NCBI GenBank assembly: GCA_963668645.2 | Contig: CAXXWC010000019.1 | Span: 96,001 to 160,000 of the forward strand | Direction of reading: 5' to 3' | DNA: 64,000 nt | Origin: Desulfobacterales bacterium | GTDB taxonomy: Bacteria; Desulfobacterota; Desulfobacteria; Desulfobacterales; UBA2174 | Shown here: positions 30,217-42,359 of the stretch, piece by piece | Layout of the letters: each line of letters opens with the position of its first letter | How positions within the stretch are numbered: position 1 is the stretch's first letter | Program-made: the position numbers and the translations under genes | The notes under the pieces: generated by a model | Database searches by the model: none | What the model was told of the DNA's origin: nothing | What the model saw: only the letters and a program-made list of their open reading frames with translations

Positions 30217-31616
30217 AACCGTTTAACCCACAGCATGTTGGTGGTCCCGGCGGCGTAAAGCGGTCTGCCGGCGGTGATCACCGCCAGATCCCCGGCAGCC
30301 GCCTTGCCGCTGTCCAGGGCCGAAGCAGCCGCTTTTTCGATCATCTCGTCGGTATCGTCGCTCAGCTCCAGGCACCACGGCACGCAGCCCCAGACCAGGG
30401 TCAGGCGCCGGGTGGTCTCGGGATCCGGGCTCAAGGCGATGATCTTGGGCCGGGGGCGAAACCGGGCGATGTGCATGGCCGTGGCGCCGCTGCGGGTGGT
30501 GGCCACGATGGCCGGAGCGTCCAGGTGCTCGGCCGTCACGCAGGCCGCATAGGAAACGATCTGGGAAACCCCCTGGCGCGGCACCATCTCGAGATATTTG
30601 GCATGGGGATAGCGGACCTCGGCGCTGCGGGCGATCTGGGTCATATAGCGTACCGCTTCCACCGGATAGCGGCCGCTGGCGGTCTCCTCGCTGAGCATGA
30701 CGGCATCGGCGCCGTCGAGAACCGCGTTGGCCACATCGGCGGCCTCGGCCCGGGTCGGCCGTGGAGAGTCCACCATCGAGCGGAGCATCTGGGTGGCGAT
30801 GATCACCGGTTTTCCCGCCATGTTGGCCTGGCGTACAATCTCCTTTTGAATGTTGGGCACTGTTTCCAGGGGTATTTCTACCCCCAGGTCGCCCCGGGCC
30901 ACCATGATGGCGTCCGCCACCTCGATGATGGCCTCGATATTTTCCAGGGCCTCGTGCTTTTCGATCTTGGCCACGATGGGCGTGGTCAAACCGGCCAGAT
31001 GAATCCGCCGGCGCACGCTGAGCACGTCCTCGGCGCGGCGGACAAAAGACAGGGCCACGAAATCGACGCCGTTTTCGAGCCCGAAGGCCAGGTCCGCCAG
31101 GTCTTTTTCCGTCACGGCGGGCGCATCGATGCTCCCCGTCGGCAGGTTGATTCCTTTATGGCTGGTAAGTATCCCCCCGGTTATCACGCGGCAGAAAAGT
31201 TCGCTGCGGGTGGTCTTTTCCACCACCAGTTCCAGCAGCCCGTCGGCCAAGAGCAGCCGGTCACCGATCTTGGCGTCCCGGGGCAGGTTTGCGTAGGACA
31301 CCGAGACGCGATCTTCGCTGCCTTCCACCGTTTCGGTGGTCAGCACAAAGGCTTTGCCCGACATCAACCGCACGCCCGGTTCGGGGATGTTGCCGATACG
31401 AATCTTGGGACCGCACAGATCCTGCAAGATCCCCACCGGTTCGTTCTCTTCGGCCGAAATGGCACGGATGCGCGCGATGACCTCACGGTGTTCCTCGTGG
31501 GTGCCATGGGAGAAATTGAGGCGCGCCACGCTCATCCCGTTGCGGATCAATCCCCGGATTGTTTCCACAGAACGGCTCGACGGCCCGATGGTACATACGA
31601 TCTTGGTGCGCGGCAT
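30213..31616 (-). CDS. pyk: Pyruvate kinase
   Basis: TKIVCTIGP, ARLNFSHG, AKIEK, MVARGDLGVE, ATQMLRSM, MLSEETA. Confidence 0.97.
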   Translation of the reverse strand: MPRTKIVCTIGPSSRSVETIRGLIRNGMSVARLNFSHGTHEEHREVIARIRAISAEENEPVGILQDLCGPKIRIGNIPEPGVRLMSGKAFVLTTETVEGSEDRVSVSYANLPRDAKIGDRLLLADGLLELVVEKTTRSELFCRVITGGILTSHKGINLPTGSIDAPAVTEKDLADLAFGLENGVDFVALSFVRRAEDVLSVRRRIHLAGLTTPIVAKIEKHEALENIEAIIEVADAIMVARGDLGVEIPLETVPNIQKEIVRQANMAGKPVIIATQMLRSMVDSPRPTRAEAADVANAVLDGADAVMLSEETASGRYPVEAVRYMTQIARSAEVRYPHAKYLEMVPRQGVSQIVSYAACVTAEHLDAPAIVATTRSGATAMHIARFRPRPKIIALSPDPETTRRLTLVWGCVPWCLELSDDTDEMIEKAAASALDSGKAAAGDLAVITAGRPLYAAGTTNMLWVKRL

Positions 31617-31670
31617 GGCGCCTCTCCTAACTTAAATTTCGGCTCTCGCCGTAAAACGGAACGGCATGGA

Positions 31671-33104
31671 TCATTTGCCGCAGAGAAAAAAAATCAGCGC
31701 TTCGAGCACCAAACGGCCCGAAGCGACGCTGCTTTTCAATGCCCGATCGGTCTCGGCGAGCCGAACCAGAGCCGACTGGAGCTGTGCGCTTGAAAACCGC
31801 TGGGCCTGTTTGAGCAGCAGGTAGACCGGATAAGGACTCTGGGGATTTTTCACCAAAACGAGATCGGTGTCAATGCTCCGGCGCCGCCTTTTACCCTCTG
31901 GTTGCGGCGGCTGCCAGGAAGAGACCTGATCACTCAGACGCCGGTCGGCCTCCTTTAGCACGGGCAGAACGAGGCGTTGAAAATCGTCGTAACGCATCTG
32001 CGGCTGCCATGTGCGGCCTTCCGGGGCGTCGAGAAAGGCACGTGCCAGTATCCACCGCCGGGTCTGGTTGGCCAGGGAAGCCAGGACCTGCAGCGGATGG
32101 GTTTCGGCGCCCAACAGGGAGTCGAGGGCCTGCAGGGCCTGATCGAGACGGCCGTCGCCCACGGCCCCGGTGAGGGCATAGATCGGGTCCTGCCTGCTGC
32201 GCGACAGGACCCGGCGTACATCCGCAGCCTGGATTTCGGACCTCTCCCCTGTATAATCGATCAGTTTCTCGAGGCTCTGGGTAAATCCGCGCAGGTCGAA
32301 ACCGGTCATGTCCATTAAGGCAGCCCAGGCCTCGGGCCCCATCCTTTTGCCCCTGGGGTCCAGAATGGCATGCATCTGCCGTTGCAACACCCGTTGCTGG
32401 ATGTCGCGATCCGCCTTGCGGTCGCCCCCGGGCACGGTGCAGTCCACCACCACCCCTGCCGTTTCGAAGGCTTTGTAAAGCTTGCGGCGCCGGTCCACGC
32501 TTTCGGCCGTCACGATAAGGTGATGGCCTGGGGGAAATCCCCGTTCCAGGGCGTGCGCCAGGACCTGTGCGTCCCCTTCGCTCACCGGCACCTTGAGCTC
32601 CTGCCGGCGGCACCAATCGACCAGCGCGGCGAGCCATTCGTCCGCTTCGGAATCCATCTCCGCGGCGATGAGAAGACGCCGCCGGGCATCGGCGTCCATC
32701 TCGTCCAGTTCCAGGCGATGGAATCCGAGCACCACCATCAACGCCTTGGCGCCCTTGTCGGGGCGGTCTTCCTGGTGGGCGGCACGGGCCTTTTCAAGAA
32801 AAGCGCGGCTGTCCATGGCGTCGTGAAACACCCGCGCCTCGGAGAGCACCACCACCTTGGGGTCGCCGAGCAGCGAATAGGTATTGACCCGCGCCAGGGC
32901 CTCGTTGACCGCACCGGCCGTAGCGCCTTCGATCCGCTCGATCTGGTGGGCGCCCGGGTTCTGTCCCAGCAGCTGCCGGCACAAATCGCCGGCAGCTTTC
33001 TGGCGCAGCATCTCCTCGCCGTGAATCAGGTATACCGGTGCGCCGGCCCCGGCCTTGAGGCGTTTGAGATGGTCCGCGAAAAGATCGTGAGACACTTCGG
33101 TCAT
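31671..33104 (-). CDS. holA: DNA polymerase III delta subunit (long form)
   Basis: VYLIHGEE N-terminus, LEKLIDY, C-terminal LAETDRALKSS...LEAL. Confidence 0.8.
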   Translation of the reverse strand: MTEVSHDLFADHLKRLKAGAGAPVYLIHGEEMLRQKAAGDLCRQLLGQNPGAHQIERIEGATAGAVNEALARVNTYSLLGDPKVVVLSEARVFHDAMDSRAFLEKARAAHQEDRPDKGAKALMVVLGFHRLELDEMDADARRRLLIAAEMDSEADEWLAALVDWCRRQELKVPVSEGDAQVLAHALERGFPPGHHLIVTAESVDRRRKLYKAFETAGVVVDCTVPGGDRKADRDIQQRVLQRQMHAILDPRGKRMGPEAWAALMDMTGFDLRGFTQSLEKLIDYTGERSEIQAADVRRVLSRSRQDPIYALTGAVGDGRLDQALQALDSLLGAETHPLQVLASLANQTRRWILARAFLDAPEGRTWQPQMRYDDFQRLVLPVLKEADRRLSDQVSSWQPPQPEGKRRRRSIDTDLVLVKNPQSPYPVYLLLKQAQRFSSAQLQSALVRLAETDRALKSSVASGRLVLEALIFFLCGK

Positions 33105-33173
33105 GGCGTCACGGGATGTGCAGAACGATTGGGGCCGGACATCTTCATGCCGAATCCGACGATCCTCGATCCC

Positions 33174-33677
33174 CTAATCGTTTTGCCCGTCCGGCAGGCG
33201 GTCACCCAGCATCAGCACCACGAAGACGCCGATGCCGACCGTGATGGCGCTGTCGGCCACGTTGAAGGCCGGCCAATGATAGCCACCGACGTAAACATCC
33301 AGAAAATCGACCACTTTTCCCATACGCAGGCGGTCGATCAAGTTGCCCACGGCGCCACCGAGAATCAGGGCAAAGGCCGTCGCCAGCCATGGGCGGCCCG
33401 GGGGCATGCGGTGGTAGTAGGCCAGGATCAGGCCGATGGCAAGGGCCGTGGCGGACAGAAAAAGGCCGGTTCGCAGCATCGACCCCTGTGCGGCCAGAAA
33501 CCCGAAGGCTCCCCCGGGATTGTGCAGATGGACGAGGTTGAAAAAACCGTCGATCACCGGGATGGTGTGATACAGGGGAATCCTGGCCTGCACCAGCAGC
33601 TTGGTGGCCTGGTCGCCGGCCAATACGGCGCCGGCCACCAGCACCAGCCAGAGGTATTTGCGCTGCTCAGGTCTCAA
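33174..33677 (-). CDS. lspA: Lipoprotein signal peptidase II
   Basis: DQATK, NPGGAFG, GAVGNLIDR, VVDF, WPAFNVADS; follows ileS. Confidence 0.96.
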   Translation of the reverse strand: MRPEQRKYLWLVLVAGAVLAGDQATKLLVQARIPLYHTIPVIDGFFNLVHLHNPGGAFGFLAAQGSMLRTGLFLSATALAIGLILAYYHRMPPGRPWLATAFALILGGAVGNLIDRLRMGKVVDFLDVYVGGYHWPAFNVADSAITVGIGVFVVLMLGDRLPDGQND

Positions 33678-33687
33678 GGCGCCTCTC

Positions 33688-36483
33688 TCAGGGGCCGATC
33701 TGGTCCAGGGCCGCCCGGCAGCGCGGGCAAACCGCTCCGTCCACGCCCACCTGCGGATGGTGAATCCAGCAGCGCGGGCACTTTTCGCCTGGGGCCACCG
33801 TCACCACCAGGTGAAGATCGGTCACGTCCCCGGCGGCCACGGCCTCCTGCGGGGCCGGATGATCACTCAGATCGGCGGCCGAGACGATAAACAAGGTGGC
33901 CAGATCCGGGGCAAAGTGCTGGAGCCGCTCCAGGGTGGCCCCGCCGGCGTGGAGGGTCACGGCCGCATCCAGGGCGTGGCCGATCCGCTTTTCGGCCCGG
34001 GCGGCTTCCAGGGCCCGGGTCACCTCGCCGCGCACTTCCAGCAGAAAATTCCAGCGTTCGGCCAGGGCGGAATCCTCCCAGCGCGCATCGGGCTCGGGCA
34101 GCAGGGTCATGTGGACCGAGCCGGGTGCACTGTCCCCGCTCTGGCCGGGCCGATGCTGCCAGAGCTCCTCGGCGGTAAAGCAGAGCACCGGCGCCATGAG
34201 GCGTATGATGGTATCCAGGATGATGGCCATGGCGCTCTGGGCGCTACGCCGATCGGCCGAGGCGGGCGGCGAAGTGTAGAGACGGTCCTTGAGCACGTCG
34301 AGATAGAACGCCGACAGATCCACCACGCAGTAGTTGTGCAGGGCGTGGTAGATGGTGTGAAACTCGTAGCGCTCGTAAGCCCGCCAGCATTTGCGCACCA
34401 GCTCCTGGAGCCGGTGCAAGGCGAACCGGTCGATTTCGTGCATCGCTTCGGGACCGAGCCCGTCGCGGGCCGGATCGAAGTCGTACAGGTTGCCCAGCAT
34501 GAAGCGGCAGGTATTGCGGATGCGCCGGTAGGCGTCGCTGAGCTGCTTTAAGATGCTGTCCGAAATGCGCACGTCCTCGCGGTAGTCGGCGGCCGAGACC
34601 CAGAGGCGCAGCACCTCGGCTCCGAATTGGCGGATCACCGCTTCCGGGGCCACGACATTGCCGATGGACTTGGACATCTTCTTGCCTTCGGCATCCACCA
34701 CGAACCCGTGGGTCAGCACCGCCTTGTAAGGGGCCCGCCCGCGGGTGCCCACCGCGGTGAGCAGGGCCGAGTGAAACCAGCCGCGGTGCTGATCGCTGCC
34801 TTCCAGGTAAAGATCGGCAGGCCAGGTCAGCCCCTCTCTTTGCTCCAGCACGGCCGCGTGGCTGACGCCCGAGTCGAACCAGACATCCAGGATATCGGTC
34901 TCCTTGACGAATTCGCCGTGGCCGCAATGGGGGCAAACCGTACCCGGGGGGAGCAGTTCGGCGGCCGTCTTTTCGAACCAGACGTCGGCCCCGTGGGCCT
35001 CGAAGGCCTGATAGACGCCTTCCATGGCCGCCGGGTCGGTGATGACCTGCTCGCAGCTGGCGCAGTAGAACACCGCAATGGGCACACCCCAGGCCCGCTG
35101 GCGCGACACGCACCAATCCGGCCGGTTTTCGATCATCCCGTAAATCCGCTCGCGGCCCCAGGCGGGGATCCAGGACACCGTGTCGATGGCATCCAACGAT
35201 TTTTGACGCAGCCCGGTGCGGTCCATGGAAATGAACCACTGGGGGGTAGCCCGGAAAATCACCGGCTTTTTGCAGCGCCAGCAGTGGGGATAGCTGTGGT
35301 GGATGGTGCGCCGGGCCAGCAGGACCCCGCGCTGCTCGAGCTGGGCCATGATCCGGGAGTTGGCTTCGAACACGAATTGTCCGACCAGCTCGGGCACCTC
35401 GCCGGTAAAACGGCCGAAGTCGTCCACCGGCGAATAGCTTTCCAGACCGTAGGTCAGGCCAACTTCGTAATCCTCGCGGCCGTGGCCCGGCGCGGTATGC
35501 ACGCAGCCGGTACCGGCCTCCAGAGTCACGTGGGTGCCCAGGACGATAAGCGACTCACGGTCGTAAAGCGGATGGCGGCAGCGCTTGCGTTCGAAGTGGG
35601 CTGCGGCAAAGCGCCCCACGATCCGGTAATCGGAAATCTGGAAAATCTGCATGCACCCGTCCACCAGATCTTCGGCCATGATGAGCACCTCGGATCCGGT
35701 GTCCACTGCGGCGTAAATAAAATCCGGGTGCAATGCCACGGCCAAGTTGGCCGGGAGGGTCCAGGGCGTGGTGGTCCAGATCACCATGGAAACCGGACGC
35801 CCGGCCGTATGCGGCTCCAGCTCGGGAAGATCGTCGATCATGGGAAACTTGACGAAAATCGACGGTGAGCTCTCGTCGGCGTACTCGATCTCGGCTTCTG
35901 CCAGGGCGGTCCGGCAACTGCAGCACCAGTGAATCGGCTTTTTGCTGCGAAACAGGCTGCCGTCCACGGCGAACTTGAAGCATTCGCGGGCGATGGTGGC
36001 CTCGTAGCGGTAGTTCATGGTCAGGTAGGGGTTCTCCCACTCGCCCATCACTCCGAGACGCTTGAACTCGTTGCGCTGCACGTCGATGAAGCGCTCGGCG
36101 TAGACCCGGCAGCGCCGGCGCACGTCGGCCTGGCTCATGGTAAGCTTGGCCGCGCCCAGCTCCTTGTCCACGTTGTGCTCGATGGGCAGCCCATGGCAAT
36201 CCCAGCCCGGCACGTAGACCGCATCGAAGCCGCCCATCTGGCGGCTGCGCACGATGATGTCCTTGAGGATCTTGTTCATGGCCGTGCCCATATGGATATG
36301 CCCGTTGGCGTACGGGGGCCCGTCGTGCAAAATAAAAGCCGGCCGGCCGCTGGAAGCCTCGCGGATCCGGGCGTAAAGATTTTCATTTTCCCAACGTTGG
36401 AGTTGTTCGGGCTCCCGCTGGGCCAAATTGGCTTTCATGGGAAAAGCGGTTTGGGGTAGATTAAGGGTCTTTTTGTAGTCCAT
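33688..36483 (-). CDS. ileS: Isoleucine--tRNA ligase
   Basis: [51 protein letters not shown]-terminal Zn motif. Confidence 0.97.
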   Translation of the reverse strand: MDYKKTLNLPQTAFPMKANLAQREPEQLQRWENENLYARIREASSGRPAFILHDGPPYANGHIHMGTAMNKILKDIIVRSRQMGGFDAVYVPGWDCHGLPIEHNVDKELGAAKLTMSQADVRRRCRVYAERFIDVQRNEFKRLGVMGEWENPYLTMNYRYEATIARECFKFAVDGSLFRSKKPIHWCCSCRTALAEAEIEYADESSPSIFVKFPMIDDLPELEPHTAGRPVSMVIWTTTPWTLPANLAVALHPDFIYAAVDTGSEVLIMAEDLVDGCMQIFQISDYRIVGRFAAAHFERKRCRHPLYDRESLIVLGTHVTLEAGTGCVHTAPGHGREDYEVGLTYGLESYSPVDDFGRFTGEVPELVGQFVFEANSRIMAQLEQRGVLLARRTIHHSYPHCWRCKKPVIFRATPQWFISMDRTGLRQKSLDAIDTVSWIPAWGRERIYGMIENRPDWCVSRQRAWGVPIAVFYCASCEQVITDPAAMEGVYQAFEAHGADVWFEKTAAELLPPGTVCPHCGHGEFVKETDILDVWFDSGVSHAAVLEQREGLTWPADLYLEGSDQHRGWFHSALLTAVGTRGRAPYKAVLTHGFVVDAEGKKMSKSIGNVVAPEAVIRQFGAEVLRLWVSAADYREDVRISDSILKQLSDAYRRIRNTCRFMLGNLYDFDPARDGLGPEAMHEIDRFALHRLQELVRKCWRAYERYEFHTIYHALHNYCVVDLSAFYLDVLKDRLYTSPPASADRRSAQSAMAIILDTIIRLMAPVLCFTAEELWQHRPGQSGDSAPGSVHMTLLPEPDARWEDSALAERWNFLLEVRGEVTRALEAARAEKRIGHALDAAVTLHAGGATLERLQHFAPDLATLFIVSAADLSDHPAPQEAVAAGDVTDLHLVVTVAPGEKCPRCWIHHPQVGVDGAVCPRCRAALDQIGP

Positions 36484-36846
36484 GGGGCCTCCGCTGACGG
36501 TATCTTGAAGCAAGCTGAATCGGTCAGAAATAGAATGATGCCTTGCGCCTGTCAAGGGTCTTGGCTCGTCTGGCAGCAAATCCGACTGAAACCGGAATGG
36601 CTCGGGTCGGGTTGAAAAAACGACGGGGCCCTTTGACACCCGTCGCCATCCTGTCCAGATTCGAGACCCAACGCTTCCGTCCCCTTGGTGAAACCGGCAA
36701 TCGCCCGGCGCGCCCCCTTCCGTTGACAATCGTGGCCCGCTTCGACTAAGAAATAGAAAAATAAAAATTCGCTTTTTTAGCCCGGCATCCCGAACAGGGA
36801 CGGGCCTGGGCACATCCCATCGCCATGGAACGGAAAGGAACGCATC

Positions 36847-37239
36847 ATGAAGCGTGGATGGATCTTGGCAGTACTGCTGGCGGCCGCTTCGATCACAAGC
36901 GGCTGTGCCGCCTTGGTTGTTGGCACGGGTGCCGCGGCGGGGGTTTACAGCTATGTGGAGGGCGAACTGCGCCGGGCCTACCCCAACGACGCCCAGGAGA
37001 CGCTCGCCGCTTGCCGCCAAACGCTGGAGCAGTTACAGATCCGCATCGAAAACGAAACCACCGACGGGATCAAAGCCACCATCGAAGCCAAGCGGCCGGA
37101 CGGCACGCCGGTCACCGTCAAGGCCACGATGCTCTCGCCGCGGGTTACCGAAGTTGGCGTCCGTTCCGGGGTCATCGGCCTTTGGGACAAACAGATCTCC
37201 GAATTGATCCATTCCACCATTGCCAAACGTCTCCTCTAG
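36847..37239 (+). CDS. Lipoprotein, DUF3568-like
   Basis: Lipobox ITSGC, then [14 protein letters not shown]...TEVGVRSG. Confidence 0.7.
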   Translation: MKRGWILAVLLAAASITSGCAALVVGTGAAAGVYSYVEGELRRAYPNDAQETLAACRQTLEQLQIRIENETTDGIKATIEAKRPDGTPVTVKATMLSPRVTEVGVRSGVIGLWDKQISELIHSTIAKRLL

Positions 37240-37270
37240 CGCTGCCGCCCCATCGGGCCGTGCGGCCGCC

Positions 37271-38749
37271 ATGGCCCGCCAGACCACGGCGCGCTTTCTC
37301 GCCGACATTGAAAAAAGTATCGTAAACCATGGCATGCTCGCCGCCGGGGATGCGGTTCTGGTCGCCGTCTCGGGCGGGCCCGATTCGGTGGCCCTGCTCC
37401 TTGCCCTCGGGCAACTGGCCCCGGCACGGGGCTGGCGCCTTACCGCGGCCCATCTGCACCACGGACTGCGGGGCGCGGCCGCCGACGCCGACGCCCGCTT
37501 CGTCACCCAACTGACCCGGCGCCTGGGTGTGGCCCTGATCACCGAAAAGGTCGACACCCAGGCCGAAGCCCGCCGCCGCAAGCTCTCCATCGAAACCGCC
37601 GGCCGCCGTTTGCGCTATCAATTCTTGAACCGTTGCGCCCACCGGCACGGATGCCGGCGCATCGCCCTGGGACATCATTGCAACGACAACGCCGAACTGG
37701 TGCTGATGAACCTGATCCGCGGTGCCGGCCCCCTCGGCCTGGCGGCCATGCCGCCCGTGCGCGACCGGCGCTTCATCCGGCCCTTGCTGGACGTCGACCG
37801 GCGGCGGATCCTGGCTTTTCTAAACGCCATGGGCGCGGCCTACCGCGAAGACGAGACCAACCGCCATCTGCACCACACCCGCAACTGGGTCCGGCGGGTC
37901 CTGCTGCCGCTGATCGCCAAGCGGATCAATCCGGCCGTCGTGGCCGCCTTGAACCGCACGGCCGCCATCATCCGAGACGAAGAGGACTGGCTGGCATCGC
38001 TGACCGGCGACCTTTTCGAGCAGGTGGTGCAATCATCTGAACCCCAACGGGTCGCGCTCCATGCGGCCGCCCTGGCCCGGCTGCATCCGGCCGCGCAGCG
38101 GCGCGTTTTGCGCCACGCCCTGGAGCGGGTTTACCCGGACCGCCACAGCATCCGCCACGACCATATCGAGGCTATCAGCGCCCTGGCCCAGGTTCAGGCC
38201 GGGCCGCGGCGGCTGCACCTGCCCCACCGCATCGAGGTGGTGGCCGACGCCCGATCGATCCTTTTGCACCGTTCGACGACCCCTTTGCGCCAGCCCCCGC
38301 CCCCCGCGCCGGCATTCTGCTACGAGGCCGCCGGGCCGGGTGTTTTGCATCTGGTCGAACTGGCCCTGACGGTGGAAATTTCCATCCGCCAGACCCCGCT
38401 GCCCGCCATGGGCCTTAGCGCTGGACAGTGGTCCGCCTTTTTTGATATGGGTGCGATCAGCTTCCCTCTGGTCGTGCGCAGCGTCGTTGCTGGCGACCAC
38501 TTTCGCCCCTTGGGGGCCGGCGGGACCCAAAAGGTGGCCAAGTTCTTAATCGATCACAAGGTCCCGCGGTCGCTTCGCTGCACGTATCCAGTGGTTGAAA
38601 GCAATGGCAAAATCGTCTGGCTGGCCGGCTTGCGCATCGCCGAAGGGGTCAGCGCCGTAGCCGCAAGCCCCCGTGCCCTGGCACTGGTCTTCCGGCCGGC
38701 CGACCCGTCGCCTGCGACCGGCCCAACATACAAGGAACCTTCCGAGTGA
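37271..38749 (+). CDS. tilS: tRNA(Ile)-lysidine synthetase
   Basis: AVSGGPDS PP-loop, HLHHGLRG, GHHCNDNAE, IRPLL, RNWVR. Confidence 0.93.
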   Translation: MARQTTARFLADIEKSIVNHGMLAAGDAVLVAVSGGPDSVALLLALGQLAPARGWRLTAAHLHHGLRGAAADADARFVTQLTRRLGVALITEKVDTQAEARRRKLSIETAGRRLRYQFLNRCAHRHGCRRIALGHHCNDNAELVLMNLIRGAGPLGLAAMPPVRDRRFIRPLLDVDRRRILAFLNAMGAAYREDETNRHLHHTRNWVRRVLLPLIAKRINPAVVAALNRTAAIIRDEEDWLASLTGDLFEQVVQSSEPQRVALHAAALARLHPAAQRRVLRHALERVYPDRHSIRHDHIEAISALAQVQAGPRRLHLPHRIEVVADARSILLHRSTTPLRQPPPPAPAFCYEAAGPGVLHLVELALTVEISIRQTPLPAMGLSAGQWSAFFDMGAISFPLVVRSVVAGDHFRPLGAGGTQKVAKFLIDHKVPRSLRCTYPVVESNGKIVWLAGLRIAEGVSAVAASPRALALVFRPADPSPATGPTYKEPSE

Positions 38750-40662
38750 ATCCTTTTTACAAGAATCTCGCCCTGTGGCTGGTCATCACCCTGATGATGA
38801 TCATGCTCTATAATCTTTTCAATCAGCAACACCTGAGCGAGACGACCATCGGTTACAGCGAGTTTCTCAATCTAGTGGAAAACGAGCAGGTCGCCGAAGT
38901 CTTGATCCAAGGTCAGGAGCTGATCGTCAAGGACACCAACCGCAACCGCTACAAGGTCTTCGCCCCCCAGGACAACGATCTGATCGGTACTTTGCGGCGC
39001 AAGGGGGTCGCCATTTCGGCCAAACCACCGGCCGAATCCCCCTGGTACATGTCGGTCCTGGTTTCGTGGTTTCCCATGATCGTCCTGATCGGGGTGTGGA
39101 TCTTCTTCATGCGCCAGATGCAAAGCGGGGGCGGCAAAGCCATGAGTTTCGGCAAGAGCCGCGCCCGGCTGCTCAGTGACCAGCAGGCCAAGGTGACCTT
39201 CGCCGACGTGGCCGGCATCGACGAGGCCAAGGAGGAGCTGAGCGAAATCGTCGAATTTCTCAGCGACCCGAAAAAATTCACCCGTCTGGGCGGACGCATT
39301 CCCAAGGGGGTGCTGCTCATGGGATCGCCGGGCACCGGCAAGACCCTGCTGGCCCGGGCCATCGCCGGCGAAGCAGGGGTTCCCTTTTTTTCCATCAGCG
39401 GCTCGGACTTCGTCGAGATGTTCGTCGGAGTGGGCGCCAGCCGGGTGCGAGACCTGTTCGTCCAGGGCAAAAAGAACGCCCCCTGCATCATCTTCATCGA
39501 TGAGATCGATGCCGTCGGCCGCCATCGGGGAGCCGGGCTGGGCGGCGGGCACGACGAACGCGAACAGACCCTCAATCAACTGCTTGTGGAGATGGACGGC
39601 TTCGAGTCCAACGAGGGGGTCATCCTGATTTCGGCCACCAACCGACCCGATGTGCTGGACCCAGCCCTGCTGCGCCCCGGGCGCTTCGACCGCCAGGTGG
39701 TCGTGCCGCTGCCGGATATCGTGGGGCGTGAAAAGATCCTGAAGGTCCACATGAAAAAATCGCCCATCCATGAGGACGTGAGCGTCAAGCGCCTGGCCAA
39801 GGGGACCCCCGGGTTTTCCGGGGCCGACCTGGAAAACCTGGTCAACGAGGCGGCTCTGCTGGCCGCCAAGCGCAACAAGGAACGGGTCGACATGGTCGAC
39901 TTCGAGGATGCCAAGGACAAGGTCTTCATGGGCCTGGAGCGCAAGAGCAAGGTCATGCGCGAGGAAGACAAACGCACCACCGCCTTTCACGAGGCTGGCC
40001 ATGCCTTGGTGGCGCGCTTTTTGCCCAACACCGACGCGGTCAACAAGGTGACCATCATTCCCCGGGGCAGGGCCGCCGGGATAACCTGGTTTCTGCCCGA
40101 AGAGCGCGACTTCAAATACAAGGATCAGCTCGAGAGCGAACTGGCAGTCGCCTTCGGGGGCCGGGCCGCCGAGGAGATCGTATTTAGCCGCATCAGCACC
40201 GGGGCGGCCAACGACATCAAGCAGGCCACCGAACTGGCCGAACGGATGGTGCGCACCTGGGGCATGAGCGAGGTTCTCGGCCCGTTGTCGTACGCCAAGG
40301 GCGAGGAGCAGGTCTTTTTGGGCCGCGAAATCGCCCAGCACCGGGACTACAGCGACGAGACGGCCCGGCGCATCGACGAGGAGATCCGCCGTCTCATCGA
40401 GGGGGCCTACACCACGGCCAAGGATGTGCTGCGCAATAATCGGGACGTTCTCGATGCCCTTTCCGAGCGTTTATTGGAAAAAGAGACCGTTCTGGGTCAG
40501 GAACTCGATGAGATGATCCTTGCCATGCGGCCAGGATTCGTCTTTCCCTCCAAGGGGTTCAGCGACGACGTTGAGGAAACCGAGGAGAAAACCGCCGAAG
40601 CCGCCCCCCCACCGCCGGACGAGCCCGCCGAAGGCCAGGAGCCGCCCGAAGGCCATGCGTAA
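38746..40662 (+). CDS. ftsH: ATP-dependent Zn metalloprotease FtsH
   Basis: Two TM segments, [19 protein letters not shown]. Confidence 0.97.
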   Translation: MNPFYKNLALWLVITLMMIMLYNLFNQQHLSETTIGYSEFLNLVENEQVAEVLIQGQELIVKDTNRNRYKVFAPQDNDLIGTLRRKGVAISAKPPAESPWYMSVLVSWFPMIVLIGVWIFFMRQMQSGGGKAMSFGKSRARLLSDQQAKVTFADVAGIDEAKEELSEIVEFLSDPKKFTRLGGRIPKGVLLMGSPGTGKTLLARAIAGEAGVPFFSISGSDFVEMFVGVGASRVRDLFVQGKKNAPCIIFIDEIDAVGRHRGAGLGGGHDEREQTLNQLLVEMDGFESNEGVILISATNRPDVLDPALLRPGRFDRQVVVPLPDIVGREKILKVHMKKSPIHEDVSVKRLAKGTPGFSGADLENLVNEAALLAAKRNKERVDMVDFEDAKDKVFMGLERKSKVMREEDKRTTAFHEAGHALVARFLPNTDAVNKVTIIPRGRAAGITWFLPEERDFKYKDQLESELAVAFGGRAAEEIVFSRISTGAANDIKQATELAERMVRTWGMSEVLGPLSYAKGEEQVFLGREIAQHRDYSDETARRIDEEIRRLIEGAYTTAKDVLRNNRDVLDALSERLLEKETVLGQELDEMILAMRPGFVFPSKGFSDDVEETEEKTAEAAPPPPDEPAEGQEPPEGHA

Positions 40663-41530
40663 AGCTTACATTATCGAATGGAACGGTCGCCGCCTCGATC
40701 TCGGGCGGCGCACCTGTGTCATGGGGATCGTCAACGTGACCCCGGACTCGTTTTCCGACGGCGGCCGTTTTTTCGACGCAGACGCCGCCGTGGCCCAGGG
40801 ATTGCGCCTGGCGGCCGAAGGGGCCGACATCCTGGATGTGGGCGGCGAGTCGACCCGTCCCTTCTCCGATCCGGTCGCCCCGGAAACCGAAGCGGCCCGG
40901 GTGGTTCCGGTGATCGAAGCCCTTGCGGCACGGGTGGATGTGCCCATCAGCATCGACACCATGAAAACCGATGTGGCCCAAAAGGCCCTGGCAGCCGGTG
41001 CATCGATAATCAACGACGTTTCGGCCCTGCGTTACGATCCGCGCATGGCCGAAGTGGCCGCCGCAGCCCGGGTTCCCGTGATCCTGATGCACATGCTCGG
41101 CAGCCCCAAGACCATGCAGGTCGATCCTTGCTATGGGGACCTGCACGCCGAAGTGGCCGCCTTTTTGGCCCAGGCCATTGACCGGGCCGTAGGCGCCGGA
41201 ATCCATCGAAGCCGCCTGATCCTCGATCCGGGGATCGGCTTCGGTAAAACCGTGGCGCACAACCTCTCTCTGGTGGGCCATCCGGAGCGCATTGCGGCCC
41301 TGGACGCCCCGCTCCTGGTCGGCCCTTCTCGCAAGGCGTTCATCCGCACCCTGCTGGCCCAAGACGCCGACTCTCCCCCGGCGCCGGACGCCCCCCAGGT
41401 TGCCGTGGGCACCCAGGCCGTGGTGACCGCTGCGATCCTGGCCGGGGCCCATATCGTACGGGTTCATGATGTCGCGCAAACCCGGGCCACGGCCCGTATC
41501 GCCGACGCCCTGCTGCAAGCGCAAAAGTGA
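40655..41530 (+). CDS. folP: Dihydropteroate synthase
   Basis: MGIVNVTPDSFSDGG, GGESTRP, DPGIGFGK, SRK, RVHDV. Confidence 0.96.
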   Translation: MRKAYIIEWNGRRLDLGRRTCVMGIVNVTPDSFSDGGRFFDADAAVAQGLRLAAEGADILDVGGESTRPFSDPVAPETEAARVVPVIEALAARVDVPISIDTMKTDVAQKALAAGASIINDVSALRYDPRMAEVAAAARVPVILMHMLGSPKTMQVDPCYGDLHAEVAAFLAQAIDRAVGAGIHRSRLILDPGIGFGKTVAHNLSLVGHPERIAALDAPLLVGPSRKAFIRTLLAQDADSPPAPDAPQVAVGTQAVVTAAILAGAHIVRVHDVAQTRATARIADALLQAQK

Positions 41531-41540
41531 GACGCATCCC

Positions 41541-42332
41541 ATGCTCCTGGTTATCGACGTCGGCAACACCAACACCGTCATCGGCCTTTACAGCGGCGAG
41601 ACACTGATCCACGCCTGGCGCATCCGCACCGAACGCAACACCACCGAGGATGAACTCAACGTGCTGCTCGCCGGCCTGCTGACCACCGGCGGCATCGCCA
41701 CCCAAACCATCGCACGCACCATCATTTCCAGCGTGGTGCCGCCCATGGCCAACATCCTCAACGCCTTTTGCCGCCGCCACCTCGGCCATGCCCCGCGTTG
41801 GGTCGACCCGCGCCAAGTCGCGCCCATGCCGATCCTTTACAGCAATCCGGCCGAAGTGGGCGCCGACCGGATCGTCAACGCCGTGGCGGCCTATCACCGG
41901 TACCGCCAGGGGCTGATCGTCATCGATTTCGGCACCGCCACCACCTTCGATGCCATCTCGCCCAAAGGGGAATACCTGGGCGGCGCCATCAGCCCCGGAA
42001 TCATGATCAGCGCCGAGGCCTTGTTCATGAAAGCCAGCAAACTGCCGCGGGTGGAAATCTTCACCCCCCCCCAGCGGGTGGTGGGCAAGGACACGAGTGC
42101 CAGCATCCAGTCTGGACTGATCTTCGGTTATGCCGGCTTGGTGGATGGCCTGGTGAGGCGCATGCATGCCGAAATGGGGATTCCGGTCAAAGTCCTGGCT
42201 ACCGGGGGGCTGGCGCCGTTGATGGCCGAGGTGGCCGAAACCATCCAAGCGGTGGAGCCGGATCTGACCCTCGAAGGACTTCGGCTCATCGACCTGATGA
42301 TGACGACCCAAAAGGCCCTCACCGATCTGTGA
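41541..42332 (+). CDS. coaX: Type III pantothenate kinase
   Basis: IDVGNTN, GADR, DFGTATT, ATGG, LTLEGL. Confidence 0.95.
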   Translation: MLLVIDVGNTNTVIGLYSGETLIHAWRIRTERNTTEDELNVLLAGLLTTGGIATQTIARTIISSVVPPMANILNAFCRRHLGHAPRWVDPRQVAPMPILYSNPAEVGADRIVNAVAAYHRYRQGLIVIDFGTATTFDAISPKGEYLGGAISPGIMISAEALFMKASKLPRVEIFTPPQRVVGKDTSASIQSGLIFGYAGLVDGLVRRMHAEMGIPVKVLATGGLAPLMAEVAETIQAVEPDLTLEGLRLIDLMMTTQKALTDL

Positions 42333-42359
42333 AGACTTCCAAAAGAAGCCGCATACCGG

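Noticed and set aside
31671..33104. Oversized HolA as a novel fusion
   Set aside because: The extra length looks like internal insertions in a highly variable family; no separate domain motif was recognised.
36484..36846. Possible T-box or c-di-GMP-I riboswitch upstream of ileS (gcaaatccgactgaaaccgga)
   Set aside because: No T-box sequence or GACGCAAAG-type continuation. The region is explained by divergent TTGACA promoters.
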